A stretch of DNA of 64,000 nt from Piromyces finnis finn (GCA_002104945.1 MCFH01000012.1:124001-188000), one strand, 5' to 3'. Positions 24,891-37,145 are shown, counted from the first letter of the stretch. Notes: a model not told the origin generated them from the sequence alone. Translations and numbers: made by a program.

Positions 24891-25657
24891 ACTCTATTAG
24901 GACAATTAAATTTTAAATGTCCCGGTTGTTTACAAAGAAAACATAACCCTTTTTTCTTTTCTTCTTCAAAGTTATCTATGTTTTCATTGTAATTTTTACT
25001 TGATCCTTGAATATTCACATACCTTTTTCGTTTATTCTCTCTACTAATTTTAAATACATCCACATCCATAGGATCATTAGCCCTTCTACCATTAAAATAA
25101 AATTCACTTAAAGAATTCCTTTTCATCATATCTTCAACTAAAATAGTTGAAGAAATCAATTGTTCAATTGAAGTTGGGTTTGATTCAATGAAAGCCAACT
25201 TCTCCCTAAGTGGTGGTAATAAACCTTTCAGAAACATGTAGATTTTTGCGCTATCATTAAAGCTTGAATTTTAGCTAATACGTTGAAACTCGGTAATGTA
25301 ATCTAATACCTGACCAAGTTTCCTTTGGCGAAGATTATCTAATTTTCCGTTAGCTACAACGGTATCGTATCTATAACTGCCAAAATTAGCCTTCAACCTA
25401 TCTACAAATTCATCATAATGGTTTAAAACCCCACTATTATTCTTCATCAACACTGAAGCCCATTCCAAAGGTTTACCAGAAAAGTATAACGAAGTCGACC
25501 TTGACTCGATCTGTATTATACAGTGTCGGTCGAGTACGAAATACCAACTCCACTCTAGTTAAAAATCCATCCAATTCTCTTTGTTTACCAGAAAATGTCG
25601 GTGGAGCATTAATAATGTTCCCGAGTTCCCGGAAACACCCACATTCCTATCACCCAT
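24872..25657 (-). pseudogene. gag: Element B gag (frameshifted)
   Basis: APPTFSGKQRELDGFL, WASVL, zinc knuckle CFLCKQPGHLKFNC; at least two frame breaks. Confidence 0.85.
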
Positions 25658-25765
25658 TTCTAAATTTAAATTTTCAAACTCACTAATTAAATCCTCCAAT
25701 TCAAAATATAATATATAATATAAAATTAAAATGGTTTCTTACTACTATTTCAAGTAAGTAATCTT

Positions 25766-25802
<37 letters not shown>

Positions 25803-25917
25803 ACACTACTACAATTTATCCTAATACAAAAGTTATTCAAACGCGTTCTGCAAAGTAGTGTCGAACAAGTTTTGTATTACTAATTAATATTGGTTAATTC
25901 TTCTTTCTTCTTGCACT

Positions 25918-26090
25918 CGGTGGTAGTTTCTAATTCTAACCAGTAGTCAAAATTTCTTCTTTCTTCTTATTCGGCGGTAGTTTCCAATTCTAACCAGTAG
26001 TCAAAATTTCTTCTTTCTTCTTATTCGGCGGTAGTTTCCAATTCTAACCAGTAGTTAAAGTTCTTTCTTGCTTTTTGTACCCGGCGGTAG
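25918..26090. repeat. About 3.2 copies of a 54-bp tandem repeat in the element B leader
   Basis: CGG(C/T)GGTAG unit starts at 25918, 25972, 26026 and 26082. Confidence 0.9.
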
Positions 26091-26120
26091 ATACCCTAAC
26101 GTATTCTCTATCTTCGTTGG

Positions 26121-26131
26121 GTAATTGTTAT
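26121..26131 (-). promoter_or_regulatory. Self-priming PBS of element B (ATAACAATTAC)
   Basis: Abuts the 5' LTR; perfect 11-nt complement of GTAATTGTTAT inside the LTR (26256-26266), 27 nt after a TATAAATA box. Confidence 0.85.
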
Positions 26132-26898
26132 TGTAATGTTGAACACTGAAAGAATAGATTAGGATATCTATTCTATTACAATAACACAAAAATTTGAAAA
26201 AATAAAATAAAAAATTGTTTTATAAAATATCTTTTATTATAATAGAATTTTAATAATAACAATTACATCGATAAAATGATGAAAAATATCTTCTATTTAT
26301 ATTTTTCCTAAATACATTTATATTATATTATAATTATTTATTTCTTATATATTATTATTTAAAATCTACACTAAAATCTTAATTATTAATAAATATTTAA
26401 ACTATAACTATTTTTAGTAAAATACAATTGGCAATTCAAATTAAGTACTATTTAATTTGAATATGTGCCCATGTATTATTGATATATTAATCATTTATTA
26501 TTTATCTATTTCTATAAAAAACAATACTAAAACTAGGGATTTAAATTGAGAATATTAATTTACTTGTTAAACATTAAAAATAAATTAATAATTTATTTTG
26601 TTTTAAACTTTAATTATTAATAAATAAATTATGTCTCATTTTCTTTTTCTGAATATAATTTGTGTAACTTAAACAATAATACTTGTGGCTTAAGTTACAT
26701 TAAAGATATCAAACAGAGGCGTTTGGTATCTTTACATATTACTATTGATAATGAAAAAAAAGATAGATAAAAAACACAAATTATTATTTGATAATGTACA
26801 AAAATCTTTAAAATATATTATAAATGAAATAATTACATCAAAGGTATTAAATAAAAACATTAATAAGGAAGAATTAGAAAAGCTTATTGAAAAAAACA

Positions 26899-27493
26899 AA
26901 CACTAAAAGAATAGATTAGGATGTCTATTCTATTACAATAACACTAAAATTAAATAAATAAAAATAAAAATTGTTTTTAAAAATATCTTTATTATAATAG
27001 AAATTTATTAATAACAATTACATCGATAAAATAATGAAAGATATCTTCTATTTATATTTTTCCTAAATACATTTACATTATATTATAATTATTTATTTCT
27101 TATATATTATTATTTAAAATCTACACTAAAATCTTAATTATTAATAAATATTTAAACTATAACTATTTTTAGTAAAATACAATTGGCAATTCAAATTAAG
27201 TACTATTTAATTTGAATATGTGCCCATGTATTATTGATATATTAATCATTTATTATTTATCTATTTCTATAAAAAAACAATACTAAAACTAGGGATTTAA
27301 ATTGAGAATATTAATTTACTTGTTAAACATTAAAAATAAATTAATAATTTATTTTGTTTTAAACTTTAATTATTAATAAATAAATTATGTCCCATTTTCT
27401 TTTTCTGTAATATAATTCGTGTAACTTAAACAATAATATTTATGGCTTAAGTTACATTAGAGATATCAATTTGTGGCGTTTGATATCTTTACA
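26899..27493 (-). mobile_element. Family-B-like LTR lacking about 9 nt at its left end
   Basis: Aligns with B LTRs from aacactaaaagaatag to gatatctttaca; no TSD. Confidence 0.85.
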
Positions 27494-27766
27494 ATGATCC
27501 ACATATTATGAATGGAATTAATTTAAAATTTTAACTATTCCAAATCATTAAATTTGAAATAATGGATAATTTCAAAAAGTACGCAGTTTATAGAAAGTTT
27601 TACAAAAAAAAATTGAATCAAAAAAAAAAAATAATTTTAAAAATATATATATATATAATAAAATAAAAGATAATAAAAATCATTATTAAAAATATATATA
27701 CCTATTAATAAAGAAACATTACTATTATTTAAAATCATAATATCTTATTAGAAACGTAACAATTTG
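27494..27766 (-). repeat. Second, inverted copy of the rep 3' end and downstream flank
   Basis: 27723-27764 encodes IVTFLIRYYDFK** versus IVTVRIRYHNFK** at the rep end; 27494-27630 aligns with the reverse complement of 12600-12733. Confidence 0.85.
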
Positions 27767-30700
27767 CTACAGGCCTCAACTTAATTGGTTTCTCTGTTGT
27801 AGTTTCAATGGAATGTTGTCACGGATACTAGTGGAATCTACAATTTCAAGACCACTTGAAATCGTGAAATTACGTTTAAAATAACAAAAAATTAATTATC
27901 AAATTTTAAAAAATATAAAACGATATTGAAGAACATCAGAAATATTAAAAATTCAATTAAAGACCTTAACCCTTTCAGAAATTATTATAAATACTTTTAA
28001 CCCTTAAGGTCATGATTTAATATCAGAAAACAATCGTAACTCCATAACCAATTGTGCTTTTTGGATAATAATATTTTTGCTGAAACCACGCTTGCTAGGA
28101 AGCCATGCTCGAGAACCACAACATATGTTAATATGGGCATTGTAACGTATAAAGGTTTTGTACCTTTTCACCAAAATTGTTGATATAATTTGATAATAAT
28201 CTTAATTTTGAATTTTACTTCAAAAAGTGATTATTATATTATATCTTTTGTTATAACTATATAAGTTATATTGATTAAGATTTAAAATCGTTTTTATAAA
28301 AATTAATAAAATTGTTTTGTTAAAACACTAAATGGTTTTATTAGAAACACTTGTTTTTCTAATATTTAAATATTTAAAATTTTTTATTTATTTAAGTATA
28401 AAAGTGATTATTAAAATTATAAAATATTAATCTAACTATATAATATTTCTTTATTAATAGTAATAGTGATGATTAAAATAAGAATATTTACATGTATTTA
28501 TATTTTCTTTTAAATTTAAACTATTTACATTAAAACAATAAAATTAATAACTATTTACAATAAAAGTAATAAAAGTAATTAGAAATAACAATAAAAGAAA
28601 TAATTAAAAGTTAAAGAATATAAAAAGTTGTTTATTTTACAATTAATTAAAGTAATGATTATTTTTAATGTTTTAATAAAGGTGTTTAATTATATTATTT
28701 TATAACATGAATTATTATATTTGTTTACTTTTAAAGTGTAATTTACTAAAGAAGTTATTAAATATTTAATTTAACAATTAATTTAACAAAAGTTATATAT
28801 TTTGATCTCGATTAATTAAAGTTTATTATTTTCTTTCAATAATCAAAATATATGCAGTGTTTAGGATTAATTTTATTTAAGAATTTTGGTAAAGTACTTA
28901 ATTAAACTATAACTTGTTTTAAGTTACTTTTAGGGTTAACTTAAAAATCAGGTTTAATAATAATTTTATATTTATTAATTTCATTATTTATCAGTTTCTC
29001 GGCCTTTTAAGAATTAACTTCGTCCCTTGAAGTTAAATTTTGTTCTGGTAGAACGTAAAAAAAAATATTTTTAATATGTACATTTCTATCAAGTAGTTTT
29101 CCTGTATGTGGATCTTCAAGTACAACAGTATTAAATTTTTGTTTATTAACAACTTTATAAGAACCATAAAAATAAGGATTTAATTTACTTCTTCCTATTA
29201 ATCTTATCATAACATAATCACCCAGTTTATAAGTCTTCTTTAAAGCTTTGGATAAACCTATTCTATGTTCCCAATATTGATTAGCATGATTAGAATATTC
29301 AGCAGCTTGTTTTACCCAATTTTGATGCCTTAAAAATCTTCTAAAAATATATTCTTCTTCTGTTTCATTAGGATCTTTATAAATATCGGGAAACATTATT
29401 TCTAATGGCCATGTGTCTCTTCTACCATATAATAATTCGAAACTACTAAACTTTGTTTTTGAATTTTTGGTAGTTCTAAGTGACCATAATGCAGATGGTA
29501 GATATTCATCCCATTCAGATTCATTTTCAATTAAGAGTCTTAAAGTTTTTCCTATTTCTTTGTTTCTATTCTCAATCATACCATTAGATTGTGGGTGATG
29601 AGGAGAAACAAAATGAACCCATGATCCATATAAATCAATCATCATTTTAGTAATATCAGAAATAAATGAACTTCCATTATCAGTAACAATTATTTCTGGT
29701 GGACCATGTCTTGTTATTACTTCTATTAAAAATTTTATTACTTCTTCTGATTTCATATTTGGAATTGCTTTAGCTTCAACCCATTTAGTGAAATAATCAA
29801 CAAGGGTAATAATATAAGAATTTCCATGTTTAGTAAGTGGTAATGGACCAACTATATCTAATCCAACTCTAGTAAATGGTTGTTCAATTGGGGTTATATT
29901 ATCTTCAGTATTTTTAGGTAAAGGCTTAGGTCTACAAAGTTGACATTTTCTACAGGACTTTACCCACATTCTAACATCATTCCAAATACCAGGCCAATAA
30001 TAAGATTTTAAAATTCTATTTGTGGTCTTTTCAGCACCTTCATGACCAACAGAATGAGCACGACTAATAATATCTTGTTTATCTTCATTTTTGTAAATAA
30101 CTTTAAGATATAATTCATCTTTTTTATAATAAAGAGTATTATCAACAACTTGATAATTTTTAGTAAAATATTTTTTTATTCCTTCAGGTAGGTCTAAATC
30201 TCTTGGATTAAAATCAGACAAAATTGCATAAGCACAATTTACTATTTCATCAGAATTTTTAGAAGGTAATCTTGAAAGGGCATCAGCAAAAACATTTTTC
30301 TTTCCTTTATCATATTTTAATTCAATTTTATATTTATTAAATTCTTCAATCCATCTTGCATGTCTACCTTTTGATGGAATATTCTTTTTATAAAATCCCA
30401 GTAATGGTTTATGATCAGTAATTAATATGGTAGGATTTTTATTACTTATAATATATTGACGAAATTGTAGAATTGCATAATAAATAGCTAATCCTTCAAG
30501 GTCAGTAACAGAATAATTCTTTTCTGAAGTAGATAAAGTACGACTAATACAACAAATTGGATGTTCCAATTTGTCCCCCTCCACCTGTAAGAGTACAGCA
30601 CCAATGCCATTAGTTGATGCATCAGTACGAATAATAAATTCTTTATTAAAATCAGGATAACTTAAAATAGGATCACTTAATAGACATTGTCGGATATCTT

Positions 30701-31068
30701 CAAAAGCATTATTACATTCTTGTGACCAAATATATTCTTGGTCTTTCTTTAATAAATTAAAAAGAGAGCTTGCTCTAATAGAAAAATTTTGAATAAATTT
30801 GCGGTAGTAACTAGCTAAACCTAGGAATGATCTTAATTCATTAACATTTCTTGGAGCATTCCATAAAGCAATACTTTGAACTTTAGAAGGAACAGTTTTT
30901 AATCCGTTAGGTGTAAGTACATGTCCTAGTACTTCTACCTTTTCTTGAAAGAATTTACATTTTTGTAAATTAAGAGAAAGATTATATTTAGATAATATTT
31001 CAAAAACTTGTTGCAAATGATAAAGATGTTCTTCTGGTGATTTAGAATAAACAACAATATCATCAATG

Positions 31069-31856
31069 TGTAAAAGTATAAAATTTAAAACAGATTTCAT
31101 ACTTAAAACAAAACAATTTTTATTAACACAAAAATAAAAAAATAAAACATTAAATTTTTATTTTAAGAAAACATTTTATTTAAACTCTTAAAAATATTAT
31201 TAGCTATATAATAGTTAATAATTAAAAAATTGAAAATAACAATTACATCGATTTAACAAATAAAAATTACATGTATTTATATTTTTTCATAATTATATTC
31301 TAATATATTATTCTATTTAAATAAACATATATTTAATATAAAATAAACAAAACTAATTTAATTAAATAATAAAATAACAGAACTAAACTAAACTAATTCA
31401 TTATACTTTTAATTCAATTTGAGTAAACTCAAAATTGAATAAAGCCCATGTATTTTCTATAAATTAATTTAATATTATCAATACTATTCTTAATATATTT
31501 CCTATTGAAATATAAATAAATCTATTTTTAAAACTAAGTTAAAATTATTAAACTATTCTAAATTTAAATAAAAAAGTATAATCTATTCTAAAATTATATA
31601 AAAAGTATTTAAAAAATATTTTAATTATTTTAAATATTTGAAATATTTAAATTTAATTAAAATTCTTTTATTCCTTAAATTTAAATATTTATCTTAATTT
31701 AAATTTTACGGAATTATTATAAAATAATTTATTATTAAATTATTCCATAAAATTTACTCAAAAATTTTATAATCAGTTTTACTAAATATTAATTTATTAT
31801 TTAATAATTAATAATTAATTATTAAATAATCTAAAGATATATATTATATCTTTACA
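31069..31856 (+). mobile_element. Solo LTR A2 (788 bp) in the RT active-site codons of C; same physical orientation as A1
   Basis: TGTAAAAG...CTTTACA; TSD CAATG (31064-31068, 31857-31861). Confidence 0.95.
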
Positions 31857-33616
31857 CAATGAAAACAAAAAGACATTTACCAATTAATGGTAAGAGAATC
31901 CTATTCATTTCTCGCTAGAAAGTAGCGGGAGCATTAGTTAAACCAAATGGCAATACTTTAAAATTATAATTACCAAATTTTGTTGTAAAAGCAGTTTTTT
32001 CAATATCATTTGGGTTCATAGGAATTTGGTGGTAGCCAGAATATAAATCTAAAGCAGAAAATATTTTTGCACCATTAACAGAAGATATTAATTCATCAAT
32101 AAAAGGAAATGCATAAGAATCCTTAATAGTAATTTCATTAAGTCTTCTATAATCAATACACATTCTCCATTTACCATTTTTCTTTTGTACAAGTAAAACT
32201 GGAAATGACCATGGAGAGTGAGAAGGAGTAATTAAACCTTTATCAAGTAATGAAAGAATTTCACTTTTTAAAATATCAGCATGTTCCTTAGATAATTTAT
32301 AAGGTTTTAATTTTATTGGTTTATTAGTAGTAGTAATTATAGAATGAGGTTCTAAATCCGCAGTAGTTAATTGAGACATTGATGTAGCCATACAATTTTT
32401 ATATTTATTTATAATGTGTTCAAATTTTGATTTAATATTATCAGGTGTTGAATTTAAGATTTCTTTTAACGTATCTTGAAATTCTTGGTTTTCTTCTTTT
32501 GAAATAATTATAGAATTCATTAAGGGAATATCATTAGCATCATTATCATTACTATTGATAATGTTTGTAATTTTCTTTAAACCTTTTTTTGTTTTCTGGT
32601 ATATATAATCATCATCAGGTTCAATAAATAAACGGTATTTCTTTTGAATACCTCTTCCAAAAATTATATCAAAGTATGGATTACTTTGTTCAATAATATA
32701 AAATTTTTCTAAAATAGTACAACAATTATTAATATTTATTTTTAAAGTAGTAAAAACATTTGTAGGAACAGTAGTACCATTAGCAATAGTTATATTTTGT
32801 TCCTCATCACTTTTTTCAATATTTTTATTTAATAGTTTATTAAAACCATTTGTAGTAATGATATTGACATTTGCGCCAGTATCATAAAGAATTTTTAAAT
32901 ATTTTCCATCTATATCACCAATTATTAATGGAATATTAGAGTTATTAAAGGAGTACATCACTTTTTCAACTTTAGGTTTACATCCTTGTTCTAATTCTTT
33001 TCTAAGTGATGGACTAGCAGAAAGTAATTGGGAAAGACTTATTTTTGGATATAAATTATTTGCTTCTTTAATTATACTAAATTTATCTTTGGTTTTTAAC
33101 ATTTGTATTTCTGTCATATTTCTTTTTGTGGTTACTTTGGTTTTGACAGAATTTTTCTTTACTTTTACATCACTTGTTTCATTATTATTTTTAAAAGTTT
33201 CTTCATTGGTAGAATCATTAGAGTTATTAATTTCAATAGGTTGGATATGTTCTTTTGTATTAGTAACTTCTTCTAAAGGTATTTCATTTGTATTATTTTG
33301 TTCTTCTTCACTTTCTATTTCTATTTCTTCATTTGGGGTTTCTTCCATAACTTCATCTTTATCTTCGCTAATTTTTCTTCTACGAGTATCTCTAATAGCC
33401 TTCTTTTGTTGTTTTAAATTCCTAATATTAGGTTGGTTAAGTATTGAGGGTTTGACAATACTTTTATTATTTGGTGATATTTTATTTTTATCTAATGTTT
33501 TAACATTTATTTTCTTCTTTTGAGCCGCATTAATAGAATAATTATTTTCATTAGAGATATTGGAATTTATTTGTGCTTCTTGTGTATTTTGTGAACTATT
33601 TGCAATTTTAGTTTTT

Positions 33617-33651
33617 ATGGGAGATTGCTTACTCCCATTATTTAGTTTAAA
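33617..33651 (-). promoter_or_regulatory. -1 ribosomal frameshift signal of C
   Basis: T TTA AAC then TAA, 6-nt spacer, hairpin ATGGGAG-TAAGCAAT-CTCCCAT; pol is in the -1 frame. Confidence 0.85.
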
Positions 33652-34610
33652 TGATTGTATTCGTCATCTAATTCTGGACAATCATCCGTAGTATGACCTA
33701 TTCTTTTACAATTTAAGCAAACATTAATTTTTAGGTCCGCAAGCTTTTGAGTTATTTCTTTTAACTCATCATCATTATTTTGTGGGTATTTTAAGGTACT
33801 TTTTCTTTGCTCAACGTTTTGATTAATATTATTAAATCTTGAATAATTATTGTTATCATTATTGTAGTTATTATTTTGAATATTACTATTATAATTATTA
33901 TTTCTGTAGTTATTAGTATAATTTCTATTATTATAATTTTTAAAACTATTTTGAGTAGTGTTATTGTTATTCATTCGGTTATAACTATTAAAATTATTTG
34001 AATATGCTCTATCATTATTTCTTTGAGCATTATTATCATTTGGAGACCTTCTAGAACTAATGGAAGTTCTTATTTTTGGTCTATTTTCTTCAACTATATT
34101 GAAAATTTTCTCTTTCTTAATAGTAATGTTTCTGGCTTCTTCTAAACTTTTTGGTTCAGCTTCTAAAAGTGCTTCGTAAGTTTTAGTAAGGTTTCTAAAA
34201 GCATTAATATAGTAGGACAATATGATTTCATTTGACATTTTTAAGTTTGTTTTATTTATTAAAGAGTCAAATTTAATATTGAATTCAGATACACTTTCAT
34301 TTTTCTTTATTGTAATAGTAGACAATTCTAATAATCTAGAATTCTTTGGTACTGAACCTTTAAAATGACTTTTAAGGTTTTTGATGATGGTATTATAATC
34401 ATCTGGTGTTTCTTTATTTAATGCATTAACTACAATTGTTCTAGCTGTACCTGTAGTTAATGATATAAGGTATTCTAACTTTTCTTGTTCTGGTACCTTA
34501 TATAAATTACACCAATGTTTAAAAGAAAATTCCCAATCATCAAATTCAACCTTTGTTGAACCCAAAATAGGTATTCTATTAAAGGTAATACCTTTAGTAG
34601 TATTATCCAT
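33642..34610 (-). CDS. gag: Element C gag, 322 aa, intact
   Basis: Uninterrupted ORF with C-terminal knuckle CLNCKRIGHTTDDC; ends on slippery site TTTAAAC. Confidence 0.92.
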   Translation of the reverse strand: MDNTTKGITFNRIPILGSTKVEFDDWEFSFKHWCNLYKVPEQEKLEYLISLTTGTARTIVVNALNKETPDDYNTIIKNLKSHFKGSVPKNSRLLELSTITIKKNESVSEFNIKFDSLINKTNLKMSNEIILSYYINAFRNLTKTYEALLEAEPKSLEEARNITIKKEKIFNIVEENRPKIRTSISSRRSPNDNNAQRNNDRAYSNNFNSYNRMNNNNTTQNSFKNYNNRNYTNNYRNNNYNSNIQNNNYNNDNNNYSRFNNINQNVEQRKSTLKYPQNNDDELKEITQKLADLKINVCLNCKRIGHTTDDCPELDDEYNHLN

Positions 34611-35934
34611 TATTACTTTTTATTTTTATTTTATTTAATTTTATTTTAATATTTTATTTAAAAACTCAATTTTTATTTATTCTCAATAATTTAGTTATAA
34701 GAACAATAATATGTTTTTATTTACAACAATCTTTATTTACAATAATTTAGTTATAAGTACAGTAATATGTTTTTATTTACAATAGTCTTTATTTACAATA
34801 ATATAATTTTATTTACAGGTATTTTATTTATTATACTTTTATTAATATAATCTTATATAACGTCTATATAATGTAATATAAAAGGAGTAATCGGTTGTTA
34901 CTTGTAGACACTTGTTTTAGTTTTATTGTAATTAAGAAGATTTTATTTTTGAGAAAATGTTAAGAATATATTTTATTTATATTAAGTTATTTATATATTA
35001 GTATTGTAAAAAAAAATATTTAATTTAGAGTAGGACGTTTATTTTTATTTCTTTATTATAAAGCAGAAAATAATATTGATTATGTTATTATAGTACCTTC
35101 AGAGTACCCGACAGTTTCGTCACCGTGCCTTTCGACCTCCACTAACTAACCGTCATAAATATTAAGTGGTGTAATATTTACTTATTAGTTAGCGCTCTAC
35201 TCCCCCACGATATGTGATAAAACTGCATTCTTACTAACTTACTATAAAACACTTTAATTATCTTAGTAATTAATTAACCGAAAAGATAAACAAAAGTTAT
35301 TTTTCGCTGAAAATTAACTAAAAAGACAACTCAATATTATTGCTTTTATTATTTAAAATTTATAACAATACTCTTAATTTTATTTGACCGATGATTATAT
35401 TTTATAATTTTTATTAAATAATTTTTATCTTTAATTTATAAATTATAATTATTAATTTATAATTATAATTTATGTATTTCTTTTTCTTTTAAAAAAAATA
35501 ATTAAATATAAAACTTTATTTACAAGATTTATTTTTCGCTTTTTAGTGCCTTACAACAATTTAATTAACCGGCAAAAGCTACTAACTAGAGGTGATATAC
35601 TAGACCTCAAAATAAATTTAAACTATATATTTTTATGTCGCTTTACCTTCACGACAAACCTTTAGCCTTCGGTGACTAAAGTTCCTTATTCGCCAGAGTT
35701 CACAAAAGTATTCAACTTGAGAGTCCTGTATTGCGTGCTTTTTATCACATTAACAATCCCTTCCCCCAAGTAAGCGTGCTATTCACACTCGTCCTACTTT
35801 TACAAATACTTCAGTGATTAACAGCTATAGTTTCTAACCAACTGAAACTAGTTAATTATACACTGAAACTCTGTATATGAGCTCTATACGCTCCTAGTAT
35901 ATTTTTACAAGTATTTTTATTTATAAAGTTTTAT

Positions 35935-35976
<42 letters not shown>

Positions 35977-36563
35977 GTTTGTTTGGTGTATATATATTTT
36001 TTATATATATATACTTAAATCTTTATTTATTATTATTTTGATTTATTTTTATTATATATTTATTTTTATGTATATATATCTAATGTATATATACCTATTT
36101 TATTATTATAATTAATTCTTTCAACTATCTTATTTATAATATTATCAATCTATTTATCTAATAATTTTTCTATACTATTTTTTTTTTTTTTTTTTTTTTT
36201 AATTCTTTTCTTATTTAAAATATCTATATATTTTATCTAATATATAATGTTTATATATCAATTTACTATATTAATACTATACTATTAAGTATTATAATTT
36301 ATTTATTTTATTTTAATATTGATTTAATAATATTTAAATAATATTTCAATATTGAATATTGATTTATTATTTTAATATTATTTTATTATTTAATAAGTTA
36401 TAATTTCTAAATAGATAAAATATTGAGAATATTTAACTATTCTATTAACTATCTATTCTATACTATTATAACTTGATTATTTAATTAATTTCATAGAATA
36501 TTTTACTATTCTATATGAAATTTTTATATAAAGAAAATTTATATATTTACCTTATTTTGATTC

Positions 36564-36580
36564 TCCGGTTCGAAGGACCA
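36564..36580 (-). promoter_or_regulatory. PBS of C, complementary to the tRNA-Tyr 3' end
   Basis: TGGTCCTTCGAACCGGA, 1 nt from the LTR; eukaryotic tRNA-Tyr typically ends ...TCCGGYTCGAAGGACCA. Confidence 0.8.
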
Positions 36581-37132
36581 TTGATATAATTTGATAATAA
36601 TCTTAATTTTGAATTTTACTTCAAAAAGTGATTATTATATTATATCTTTTGTTATAACTATATAAGTTATATTGATTAAGATTTAAAATCGTTTTTATAA
36701 AAATTAATAAAATTGTTTTGTTAAAACACTAAATGGTTTTATTAGAAACACTTGTTTTTCTAATATTTAAATATTTAAAATTTTTTATTTATTTAAGTAT
36801 AAAAGTGATTATTAAAATTATAAAATATTAATCTAACTATATAATATTTCTTTATTAATAATTGTGAACATTTATGGACACATAATTTTATTTATCTATA
36901 TCATATATTTATTACACACGTGACTATTTTATAAAAACATAAACATGTATTAAAAGTGTTGTAAACGTAATGTCTACGTGTTGTAGAGAAAGTTATTTTT
37001 TATTTATTTTATTTTATTTTTTATGGTCACATGACCTTACATCTCATTATATAACTGTAATATTTACAATGTAACTTTTTCTCTTTGTTAACCTTATTAA
37101 TAAAATTATTTATTAATTAAATTTATTTTACA

Positions 37133-37145
37133 GATTAAGAGTCTC
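37133..37145 (+). promoter_or_regulatory. PBS of K, complementary to the anticodon stem-loop of tRNA-Lys(CUU)
   Basis: GATTAAGAGTCTC directly after the LTR; reverse complement GAGA-CTCTTAA-TC. Confidence 0.75.

Larger units (their letters stand above)
20475..26736 (-). mobile_element. Element B: full-length Ty3/gypsy chromovirus (Tf1-like), disabled
   Basis: LTRs 20475-21080 and 26132-26736, few differences; TSD TATTA (20470-20474, 26737-26741); PPT 21081-21095; self-complementary PBS 26121-26131. Confidence 0.97.
29007..33651 (-). pseudogene. pol: Element C pol (PR-RT-RH-IN), interrupted by solo LTR A2 and one stop
   Basis: ILYDTGAN, MCIDYRRLN, PATF*REMNR (likely CAG>TAG at 31915), FVFI|DDIVVY rejoined across the LTR, RTDAS, HHCC, TDNG..ENRN. 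Confidence 0.95.

Noticed and set aside
25918-26090. CRISPR-like array
   Set aside because: Contiguous tandem units without unique spacers, in a eukaryotic retroelement; no cas genes.
31069-31100. N-terminus MKSVLNFILLH of the 697-aa ORF 29007-31100
   Set aside because: It is read from solo LTR A2; the true sequence is FVFIDD, joined across the insertion.
35095-35160. Hammerhead ribozyme in gypsy leaders (GACGAAAC here; GGACGAAAG near 49960)
   Set aside because: No correctly placed CUGANGA core or stems I and III.
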